A stretch of 57,803 nucleotides of DNA from a virus (taxonomy: Duplodnaviria; Caudoviricetes), in IMG/VR virus record IMGVR_UViG_3300037422_000254, positions 1 through 57,803 of that record. One strand, written 5' to 3'. Shown here in pieces: positions 48,721 to 56,702 of this stretch. Each line of letters starts with the position of its first letter. Positions within the stretch are counted from its first letter, which is position 1. The position numbers and the translations under genes were made by a program. The notes below the pieces were generated by a model. The model was not told the origin of the DNA, did not search any database, and worked only from the letters and a program-made list of their open reading frames with translations.

Positions 48721-49467
48721 TTATTGGGCCGCCTCTTCAATCAGCGCGATGAGCTTGGCCGCTAATCGCGTAATCGCGGTGTCGAAGGTGCAGACGCCCG
48801 AATGGGCGGCCGCCCAGGCCGCCGAATTGGCCGCCTCCTGCGGTGCCCTTTGGCCAGCCCGTTCTGCTTCCAACATAGCCAACCAACGATCGCCCATTTG
48901 GGCAATCGGCGCCCGCTGGTGCGCGTCCGCGGGCGGCGCCTTTGCTTCCGCCTCCACCACCTCCTGCACGTACTCCGCGCACCGTGTCGCCGATGACATC
49001 GCTAACGCATTCGTTGCCTTTGCCTCCGCAACCTCCGCCGATTCTTTGGCGAAGGTCGCGGCGAACGCGAGAAACGGAGCCTTCACGGCTTCCAAGTCCT
49101 GGCCGACGGTGATCGCCGTCAGCAATCGAGCCGGCCAAGAGATGTCCTCCGTCCCCTCGAAAATCCAGTTTTCGAGCCCCCCGAGCCAACGGGGTATCCC
49201 GAGCCTACGTTCGTAGGCAACGAACGCTTCCCCCCCGAGGGAAAGCCCGACTTCTGTGAGCAAACCCTCCCATCTCCCAGCCCCACGGTATTGTGGAGGA
49301 TTTGGCGTCCATGCCATCTCCTCCAACCCTAATTCCTGGCCGGCTTTGACGGCCTCACGTACATCCTGCACGTACTCCGCATGCGCCACCGCCGCTAAGG
49401 CGGCTGATTTACGAACGCGGGAAAGATACCGCGCCTTGAGCTTTTTACTACCGTGAAACGCTTTCAT
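48721..49467 (-). CDS. Array paralogue P12 (248 aa; most divergent)
   Basis: MKAFHGSKK..LGIPRWL..WPARLL..QDLEAVKAPFL..AAKLIALI. Confidence 0.85.
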   Translation of the reverse strand: MKAFHGSKKLKARYLSRVRKSAALAAVAHAEYVQDVREAVKAGQELGLEEMAWTPNPPQYRGAGRWEGLLTEVGLSLGGEAFVAYERRLGIPRWLGGLENWIFEGTEDISWPARLLTAITVGQDLEAVKAPFLAFAATFAKESAEVAEAKATNALAMSSATRCAEYVQEVVEAEAKAPPADAHQRAPIAQMGDRWLAMLEAERAGQRAPQEAANSAAWAAAHSGVCTFDTAITRLAAKLIALIEEAAQ

Positions 49468-49602
49468 GATTTTCTCCTTCCTCTCTTTGTTTTGGCCGGC
49501 GACGGCCGGCCCACCGATCAGCGGGTTTCAGTTTCCGCCGACGCTTTTGATTCGAAAAAGATAGCCGTGGCGTTTGATTTTTTTTCGAAAATTTTTCGAA
49601 AC
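49468..49602 (-). repeat. Array spacer cassette G (first in transcription order)
   Basis: Same element; its GC hairpin lies ~200 bp further upstream (49797-49830). Confidence 0.85.
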
Positions 49603-49876
49603 AGGCTTTTTACCGTCGGCGAGCCGTCCGATACCGCCGGCGAAGGGGGGGGGGATTAGTGGTGCAGCGCCGCCGACAAAGAAGAACTATAAGCGAAAGG
49701 AAACGGATAACGGAAACAACCAAAAACGGCCAATCACGACCAACGAAAGAAACGCAATCCGCTATGCAGCGCCCCAAGAACGCCACAAGGCAGGACGCGC
49801 CGCCGGCGATTCCGCCGGCACCGCCGCCAAAGTATCGGAAACCGAACGCCAGCGCGCCGCCAGCGAGCCGCCGGCG

Positions 49877-49909
49877 AGCCGTCTGCAAGCCGTCTGCAAG
49901 CCGTCTGCA
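49877..49909. repeat. Three perfect tandem 11-bp repeats
   Basis: AGCCGTCTGCA x3. Confidence 0.85.
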
Positions 49910-49915
49910 GTCACC

Positions 49916-49943
49916 AAAATAGTGTACAAATGTACACTATTTT
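49916..49943. promoter_or_regulatory. Perfect 13-2-13 inverted repeat (operator or recombination site)
   Basis: AAAATAGTGTACA-AA-TGTACACTATTTT. Confidence 0.7.
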
Positions 49944-50050
49944 TTGGCCGCCGCTACTGCCGTTTTTTGCGTAACCTTTTGCGCTGCAAGCGTTTGTGTC
50001 GTTCGGAACGGTGTTGGGTGCCGGGCACCCCGTCCTTGCTGGTGTACGGT

Positions 50051-50110
50051 GCAGGAGTGGTGTGCGGGGCAGGAGTGGCGTGGTGCAGCGGCAGGAGTGG
50101 CGTGGTGCAG
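50051..50110. repeat. Three GCAGGAGTGG direct repeats
   Basis: At 50051, 50069 and 50091; the last two extend as CGTGGTGCAG. Confidence 0.75.
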
Positions 50111-50633
50111 GTGCAGTGCGGCCGGCCATCGCACGCGATCTGCCGGGATTGCGTACGATCGGCCGGGGGGGTACTGGCCCGTCCTGGTCCGGCCCAATAT
50201 CTATCTTCCCCTCCCGGAATTTTTGAGCCAAAAACGATTTTTGCTACCCAGCCGCAGATTTTCCAAAATCTCCAAGTGTGTCATTTTGACACACTTTTAG
50301 CGCGCCCGGTTTGTGCGCCCGTGCGCACACGGGAGCAAAACCGGGAGCGCGGAAGTTTACTGACGACTCAATGCGCCCGCTTTCTGCACCTCTCTTTAGG
50401 AGTGCAGAAAGCGGGCGCATGGTCGATCGTAAACGAATTTTGCGGGGGTATTTGAATTTTTCGTCAATATCGGTTTTTCACGAATGCGCAGTCGGGAGCG
50501 CGCATAACAGTATAATTGCGCCTCCGCTTTGCTTTGCGCAATCGGGAGCGCTAGAGATTTTACAAAATCTTGGTGAAGTCCACAAACCCATCGTGTCTTT
50601 GCCGTCGCGTCTGCGTGGCGGTATGATTGGTTC

Positions 50634-51110
50634 ATGGGCGGTGGCGGAAACGAATCTGGTGGTGGCGACAACAATCAGGATAGCCTAGTATCCTTGGCTT
50701 GCCGCGTTGAGGCTGACAATCAGTCTTGTTGCGAAGCGACCAGCGGTTTTCTTGGCCGACAATTATCACGGACGGGAATGTCTTTGGGCGAGATCGTGAT
50801 TCCTGAGTGTGACACGACTTGGATTACGGCCTTGAGTGCCCTTGGTGCGATAGAGTTGTTGGAGGATGGTTGGGATGGTGCTGGGTCACTGGCTCCTTCC
50901 GGCCGGGTCGTTGACCATGCGGAGTGGTTTCTGTTAAAGGCCAAGCTTGCTGGGAGCGATCCGCCGGTGCGAGCAGTTGCTGGGCATGAGGGGACGGTGG
51001 TCTTTGAGTGGCGAGATCACGGGATGTATGTCAAGGTTGAGATTTGGGGCGCCGAAGAGGGCGAGCACACGATTATGGGAATGGGGGCCAATCCAGATTA
51101 TCGTCCTTAG
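50634..51110 (+). CDS. Hypothetical protein (lone + strand gene; start uncertain)
   Basis: LEDGWDGAGS..PS..GTVVFEW pattern; TATAAT at 50511. Confidence 0.55.
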   Translation: MGGGGNESGGGDNNQDSLVSLACRVEADNQSCCEATSGFLGRQLSRTGMSLGEIVIPECDTTWITALSALGAIELLEDGWDGAGSLAPSGRVVDHAEWFLLKAKLAGSDPPVRAVAGHEGTVVFEWRDHGMYVKVEIWGAEEGEHTIMGMGANPDYRP

Positions 51111-51196
51111 TTTAGTGGTGCGATGACGGCGTTCTTGTGGAGTGCGAGATTTGGTGGGAGGACAAGGTTGTTTGGACCAAGAAGCGGGTGAAGCCG

Positions 51197-53149
51197 TTAT
51201 TGAAGTGATTGGTTTTTCGCCTTGATCTTCAGCATGATGTTTGCGGCGCGAGCGCCACCCACGCCGTACTTTTCGCGGATTTTGCGCCAGGTGGCTTCCT
51301 GGCCCGCCATTTCTTCGGCAATTTCGTCGTCGGTTAGTTCCCGATCGGCCTTGTTGGGGGTGTACGCCTTCTGGCCGGCAATTCGCGTTGGCCAAATTAG
51401 GCCCTTTGCGACAGCGGCGGAAATGAGGCGGCGGATTTTGGTGACGGGGATGCCGTCGCGAAGGGCGATCTCGGTGGATTCGGAAACCGATCGGGCTTCG
51501 TCGAAATACCTTTCGGCGAACTCCTCGGTGGTGATCCCCGCGATTCGTTCGGCGTCTCGGCCTTGGCGACCATGGCGCCCCTTGGGAGCCTTGAGGTCGT
51601 TTGGGTCGAGGTTTTCGTTGGCCATCCAGAGCGGATAGACCCAACAGAGAACTTGTTTTTCGGGGGTTCGCCATGACCTGCAGGCGGCTTCAACGGTGAC
51701 GCAACCTTCCTCGGCGTGCCGGCGGAATATGACATGAGTATCGCAAGCGCGGGACATGGACCCGCCGCCAGACCCAATGTCGGTGATCTCCTTGTTGGAC
51801 TGGTCCCCTTTGGTGGAGTGGTGAACAATCGTGAACGCAGCGCCAGTGAGTTTTGCGAGTCGGTCGATCTGGTTGTACATGTTGGAAATGTCGGCGTTGG
51901 AATTCTCGTCATCCCCTTTGGCGACGAACCGATAGAAGGCGTCAAGGACCACCAAGTCGAGTTCGTCTTTGGCGTAAGCGGCGATCCAATTTTCGATGCC
52001 TTCCAGGTCGCACAGTTCGCCGCGCAGCGACAGGATGGAGAGCCGATCGCCCAAATCATCAGCGGTGATTCCTCTGGCCTCCATAACCCTCCTGAGTCGG
52101 TCTGTGAAGGTTTCTGGATGAAGCTCGTTGTCGATGACGAGAACACGGCCGGGTGGTGTCTCGTAGCCCAACCATCCTTTTCCGGTCGCGATCGATAGCG
52201 ACAGGTCGACGACCAGAAACGATTTACCGACCTTTGATGGCGCGATGATGTTCATCGTTTCTGTTTTTCGGAGGAGGCCGACCCCGGCGTCGTTCCCGAT
52301 TACCGGTGGTAACAGGCTCGGATAATCGGCGAGGTATTGCGTCGCAAGGGGAGCCTTTTGGTGGTAGCCGTTTGATTCGATTGTTGGCTCGGCCTCCTTC
52401 AGGATTTCGGCCGTAACCTCTGGCGCGGCGTCCACCAGGGCAATCAGCGAGTCCGGCGACCCATCGGCGTCAAACCAATCCGAAATGTCGCCCTTTGGCG
52501 GAACTCCTGGCAGGTCGATGATTTTACAGCACGCGGCGATCCCGCTGACGGCGAGGGCAATTCCCTTCGCATGTTTGCGGCCTGGGTCGTCATTGTCGGG
52601 GACGATAACGACAAACTTGTCGCGAAAGTAGTCGTTGTATTCCGGCTTCCACTTTCCCGCTCCGCCGACGTTACAGGTCGCGTTAAACCCATGAGCGATT
52701 AGCCGGTCGGCGTCCTTCTCGCCTTCGACCACGAACACCATTGATCGTGCCGGCGATGCGACCAATTCCGGTAAGTGGTAGAGAACCCGCCGCGCGTTGG
52801 TCATGTTTTGTATCCAGCCGCCGCTACCGTCCGGCCGGCGCTGGAAAAACTTCTTAGGCTCGGTCCTTACTGATTGGTATATCAGTTTGCCGTTTTCGTC
52901 GCGGTAGTCGTATGTGGCGACGATCCGCCTTCCTTGTGACGGTTTTTGCTCGCCGCCGAACAGCCCGATGGCGTCGGCCAAGGCTCGGAAGTCGCACCCG
53001 GCGAAGCATTTAAAGAGGACGTGTCCGCCGCTTTGGGTAATTTGGAGAGAGGCTTTATCGTCTTCGTGGCACGGGCATTTAGCCATCCATCGGTTTTTGC
53101 CGCTCGGTTTGCCTCCCAGTTGGGCGACAATCTCCTCAGCGGTTTTCAT
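51197..53149 (-). CDS. DNA primase-helicase (Zn finger, TOPRIM, AAA_25/RepA helicase)
   Basis: CPCH..CFAGC, VVEGEKDAD, PDND, APSKVGKS, VVLD, IVHH. Confidence 0.92.
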   Translation of the reverse strand: MKTAEEIVAQLGGKPSGKNRWMAKCPCHEDDKASLQITQSGGHVLFKCFAGCDFRALADAIGLFGGEQKPSQGRRIVATYDYRDENGKLIYQSVRTEPKKFFQRRPDGSGGWIQNMTNARRVLYHLPELVASPARSMVFVVEGEKDADRLIAHGFNATCNVGGAGKWKPEYNDYFRDKFVVIVPDNDDPGRKHAKGIALAVSGIAACCKIIDLPGVPPKGDISDWFDADGSPDSLIALVDAAPEVTAEILKEAEPTIESNGYHQKAPLATQYLADYPSLLPPVIGNDAGVGLLRKTETMNIIAPSKVGKSFLVVDLSLSIATGKGWLGYETPPGRVLVIDNELHPETFTDRLRRVMEARGITADDLGDRLSILSLRGELCDLEGIENWIAAYAKDELDLVVLDAFYRFVAKGDDENSNADISNMYNQIDRLAKLTGAAFTIVHHSTKGDQSNKEITDIGSGGGSMSRACDTHVIFRRHAEEGCVTVEAACRSWRTPEKQVLCWVYPLWMANENLDPNDLKAPKGRHGRQGRDAERIAGITTEEFAERYFDEARSVSESTEIALRDGIPVTKIRRLISAAVAKGLIWPTRIAGQKAYTPNKADRELTDDEIAEEMAGQEATWRKIREKYGVGGARAANIMLKIKAKNQSLQ

Positions 53150-53179
53150 CCAACAGTCCTTTGTCCGTGTGTTAGTCGA

Positions 53180-53356
53180 TCAGCATGAGTATGATAAGCT
53201 CGTGATTTGTTCGTCGGCGTGGATTTCGATTCCCGTCACAGCCTGCCAAGCGAGCCAATAGGCGTCGATCATGTCTGTGTTTCCCATCATGTTGTAGCCG
53301 AATTTGGTGTTTCCGCAGCTGGCGATTCGACCAACGATTTTTGCTTGTTGATCCAT
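53180..53356 (-). CDS. 58-aa protein resembling the C-terminus of the upstream gene (not in ORF track)
   Basis: MDQQAKIVG..YWLAWQAVTGIEIHADEQITSLSYSC; TGATG coupling. Confidence 0.6.
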   Translation of the reverse strand: MDQQAKIVGRIASCGNTKFGYNMMGNTDMIDAYWLAWQAVTGIEIHADEQITSLSYSC

Positions 53357-54000
53357 CAGCAGCTACATCCGAATTTGACGCCGTTTTGCAGCTCGCGGTC
53401 CACGTTGATCCCGGTGAGCACGGAGTAGCATCTCAAAAACATCTCCTTGTGGCGGTTTAGGTCAATGGCCACGTCCTGGGCGCTGCCTTTGTCGCAAAGG
53501 TACGTGATGTCTTTTTCTCCAGTAGGTTTGCAGTTTTCGTCGCAGAGTTCGTATTCGTAAGCGTGGTTGTAAACGACAGCGCATGCAGGGCCTTCGTTTT
53601 GAAACTGGCCGCAAAGGACGGCTTCGAGCTTGTCGAATGTGGTGTGGTTTTTTGCGCAGAAGTTGTCCATCCACTGCTTGGCTCGCTCCTTGGTTATTTG
53701 CACGCCGTCGAGGGCGGGATGCATCCAGTTGTGCCGAAGATTCACGGCGGTTCGCGGGCGGAGGAATAGCCAGAAAATCGCGTCTTTTCTGACTGTCCAC
53801 ACGATGAAAGGATCGACAATCCCGATGCCGGTTGTGTATTTTCCGGCCGGGACGGCCATGCCGTCCTTGTCGAGGGTTACGTCTTCTCCGGCCTCAAGAT
53901 CGCATGACGCCTTTACGGCCATGACGGCGACGTGAACAGCATCCCGAACGCCCATCATTTCCTCGCCGGCCTCCTGGCCGATGATCGGTTCGAGCTTCAT
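53356..54000 (-). CDS. Conserved phage hypothetical protein
   Basis: RDAVHVAV..GIVDPF..FWLFLRP..LRHNWMHP..CSC. Confidence 0.7.
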   Translation of the reverse strand: MKLEPIIGQEAGEEMMGVRDAVHVAVMAVKASCDLEAGEDVTLDKDGMAVPAGKYTTGIGIVDPFIVWTVRKDAIFWLFLRPRTAVNLRHNWMHPALDGVQITKERAKQWMDNFCAKNHTTFDKLEAVLCGQFQNEGPACAVVYNHAYEYELCDENCKPTGEKDITYLCDKGSAQDVAIDLNRHKEMFLRCYSVLTGINVDRELQNGVKFGCSC

Positions 54001-54012
54001 TCTGATCTCCGG

Positions 54013-54276
54013 TCATTGCAATTCATAGCTATCTCCGCAAACATGGATTTTTGGCGGCGCCTCATCTTCGGTTAAGCGGCTTACGGAGAATCGTAGTATT
54101 TGGGCGATTTCGATTAAATCTGTGGACGAAATGGCCCGCTTTCCGACCTCCCAGTTATGGATACTGTTCCGGTGAACACCAATCAGGTCGGCCAATACCG
54201 ATTGCGACATATGCGATGCTTTTCGCCATTGCCGAATTTTACAACCAATCTGTGCGTGCAATGACTTTTTCACCAT
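54013..54276 (-). CDS. XRE-family HTH regulator
   Basis: IGCKIRQWRKASHMSQSVLADLIGVHRNSIHNWEVGKR. Confidence 0.85.
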   Translation of the reverse strand: MVKKSLHAQIGCKIRQWRKASHMSQSVLADLIGVHRNSIHNWEVGKRAISSTDLIEIAQILRFSVSRLTEDEAPPKIHVCGDSYELQ

Positions 54277-56045
54277 AAATCACCATCCGTGATCGGGTCG
54301 TAGGGCGTTTTCATCCAGTCGATGTATCCATTTCCAGTTTCGGAGTCGCGCCAATCCTTGGTTGCCGCCGCAATGGCTGACCTCGCGGCGACTGGACTCG
54401 GCGATTCCTCGCCAAATTTGATCGCCTTGATTCGCTCGAATTTCTCTCCGCGCGTCGCGGCAACCTTGATGAATGACGGCGCTTTGCGGCCGAAGTCCTC
54501 ATCATTCATCAGCGCGACCGCGTAGCCGGTCACGTTGGGGACGATCGTGCCGGGGAACCGGTCGAGCCACCACTTGACCGCCTTTTCTCTCGCATAGCCT
54601 CTATGCTGGAAGCAAACCCACTCCTTCACGGTGCGCCCGCCATCACAGATATACTCCACCCGCATCGTCGGCAAGCCCGGTGAATCTGATGTGGCGGGGT
54701 TTTTGCGGTGGACGTGGTACGAAACCGAATGAACGGAGAGCCATTCGGTGACCGGTCCGCCACCCAAAATGTCGCCGTCGAACGCCTTTTTGTCGTGGTT
54801 GATCCTTCTGCCGTCGCCGGCCGGGAATTCGTACCCGCACTCCGGGCAAATCTTTTCGTTGCTGTAGCCCGCCGTTCGGCATTGCGGGCACACCCGAACG
54901 GTCGGCTCGGAACTCAGTCCGGCGGTGTTCAGCTTGGCCGGCTTGATCTTTCCGAGCGGCCCGTGTCGCATGACGTTGCCGCCGAAATCGAGGACGAGAC
55001 AGTTCGGCTTCCCTTCGCACCGGCGGAAACCTCGGCCGACCATTTGGTAGTACAGCCCTGGCGACGCGGTGGGCCGCAATAGCACGATGCCATCCACGTT
55101 GGGTGCGTCAAACCCCTCGGTCCAGACTTCGCAGTTGATCGCCCATCGGACCTTGCCGGCCTTGAAGTCGTTCGCGATGTCGTCGCGGTCGTAGGAGGGT
55201 GTTTTGCCGGTGATCATTTCGACACGATCGGCCGGGCATCTCGCCCTTAACTCGGCGGCGACCATTTCGACGTGTTCGATGGACACGCAAAAGACGAGAC
55301 AGGAGCGGCGTCCTTCGGCCCGCTTGATCGTCTCGAAAACGGCATGGGCCACCCGATCGGCGTTTTTCATCAGATCGCTGGCTTCTTCCTTGACGAATTC
55401 TCCGGCACGAATGTGTAGTCCGCTGGTATTGGCGTCATTCACCGCTTGTTTGGTGACAAGTCCGCACAGGTAGCCTTGCTCAATCAAATCGATCAGTCCG
55501 GACTCGTGGACGGTGGTAGTCAAGATTTCGCCCTTGGCGACCAGCGGGCCGGTGCCGGTTCGGTAGGGGGTTGCGGTCAGGCCGGCGACCAAAAGGCTTG
55601 GATTGATCTTTTTGGCGTTGGCGATAGCCTGCCGGTACATGCCGAATCCGCTCGGTGGTATCCGGTGCGCCTCGTCGATAAGCAAGACGTCGAGTTTAGG
55701 GAACATCTCCATGTGGCGGTAGACGCTCTGGATTTGGCCGCAGGTGATTCGCGAATGGGTGTCACGCGATCCCAGCGATGCGGAGTATACGCCGCAATTC
55801 ATCGGCGACCCAAGCTCCCTAGTGGTGTGCTCCACCCGGTCGGCGGTCTGCTGGATCAGTTCTTTGCGGTGCGCGAGGATCATCGCGCGTTTGCCTGCGG
55901 CAACGGCGTCGATGCAAATTTGTGCCATGACGGGGGTTTTGCCGCCTCCGGTCGGAATGACGATCGCAGCGCCGCTTTCGGGCGACTTAGCCCAGTGGTC
56001 GTATAGGCTCGCGATTGCGGCCTTTTGATAATCGCGGAGGATCAT
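54270..56045 (-). CDS. SF2 DEAH helicase, RadD/YejH-like with zinc finger
   Basis: PTGGGKT, DEAH, TATP, EGFDAP, QMVGRG, CPQC..CPEC. Confidence 0.92.
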   Translation of the reverse strand: MILRDYQKAAIASLYDHWAKSPESGAAIVIPTGGGKTPVMAQICIDAVAAGKRAMILAHRKELIQQTADRVEHTTRELGSPMNCGVYSASLGSRDTHSRITCGQIQSVYRHMEMFPKLDVLLIDEAHRIPPSGFGMYRQAIANAKKINPSLLVAGLTATPYRTGTGPLVAKGEILTTTVHESGLIDLIEQGYLCGLVTKQAVNDANTSGLHIRAGEFVKEEASDLMKNADRVAHAVFETIKRAEGRRSCLVFCVSIEHVEMVAAELRARCPADRVEMITGKTPSYDRDDIANDFKAGKVRWAINCEVWTEGFDAPNVDGIVLLRPTASPGLYYQMVGRGFRRCEGKPNCLVLDFGGNVMRHGPLGKIKPAKLNTAGLSSEPTVRVCPQCRTAGYSNEKICPECGYEFPAGDGRRINHDKKAFDGDILGGGPVTEWLSVHSVSYHVHRKNPATSDSPGLPTMRVEYICDGGRTVKEWVCFQHRGYAREKAVKWWLDRFPGTIVPNVTGYAVALMNDEDFGRKAPSFIKVAATRGEKFERIKAIKFGEESPSPVAARSAIAAATKDWRDSETGNGYIDWMKTPYDPITDGDLW

Positions 56046-56194
56046 TCATGCATCCAAACCTGAAGCAAAACGGATTGCGACCATCCGCCGGGAACACCAG
56101 TAATGAACGATAGCAGGTATTGTTCGTGGCAGGATGCCCATACTGCCTCTTCCAACAGCGATTTGTCGTTTTTGGTCATTGCATCTACTCCAAC

Positions 56195-56232
56195 AAAAAA
56201 CCCGCCGCCCTGGGGTCAGACAGGGCGACGGG
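56195..56232 (-). terminator. Intrinsic terminator upstream of helicase operon
   Basis: CCCGTCGCCCTG-TCTGACCC-CAGGGCGGCGGG-TTTTTT. Confidence 0.75.
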
Positions 56233-56285
56233 CGAACCCTCGCGGGCGTGCTCGGTCGTCGGCTGACCCCGACAGGAAACGTAGT

Positions 56286-56606
56286 CTAGTACGCCTTTAT
56301 GTCCTTGTCAAGCATTTCTTGTTGAATCGAATCGACTAGTTGTTTGTGGCCTGTTTCCGCCTCTTCCCACGTCGCATACCGGTACATTTCTCCGTCCCGG
56401 TCTCCGCCGAAAACCAGCGTCTCGAAAAGCAGTGGCGGGCCTTCGTCCGAGAAGTTGTGATCGATGGCCAGAAACACGGTGGAAATTTTCGCTCGTCCGA
56501 TATAGTCAAGGGCTAGCCGGTGATCATTCCGGCCGAGACGTTCGGACCATTCGTCAAGCGAGCATGGGACAGGACGTTTTTTGCACAGCTTAAACAACTT
56601 GCTCAT
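56286..56606 (-). CDS. Conserved phage hypothetical protein
   Basis: ISTVFLAIDH..PPLLFETLVFGG..RYATWEEAETGH. Confidence 0.7.
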   Translation of the reverse strand: MSKLFKLCKKRPVPCSLDEWSERLGRNDHRLALDYIGRAKISTVFLAIDHNFSDEGPPLLFETLVFGGDRDGEMYRYATWEEAETGHKQLVDSIQQEMLDKDIKAY

Positions 56607-56702
56607 CTTCTTTTTCCCTTGAGCCGACCGGCCGGTGCGTCTCGATGAAGAAAGGGGCGCGCCGATTGGCCAAATGCGCCGCCCGGTGGCGGCGTCCACA
56701 TC

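Noticed and set aside
39049-49467. Diversity-generating retroelement
   Set aside because: No reverse transcriptase in the window, and variation is block-wise and indel-based rather than adenine-specific.
41743-49602. CRISPR array or solitary CRISPR-repeat mimic (ACTGAAAC resembles a crRNA handle)
   Set aside because: Repeats are 135-200 bp and separated by whole genes. ACTGAAAC sits in a loop rather than 3' of a hairpin. No cas genes are present.
36825-49602. Classical shufflon or integron
   Set aside because: All units are direct repeats with no inverted segments, there is no tyrosine integrase or attC consensus, and a role for the serine recombinase is unproven.
49574-50455. 293-aa plus-strand ORF
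   Set aside because: It crosses cassette G, tandem repeats and the palindrome, starts at TTG without an RBS and has no protein-like motifs.
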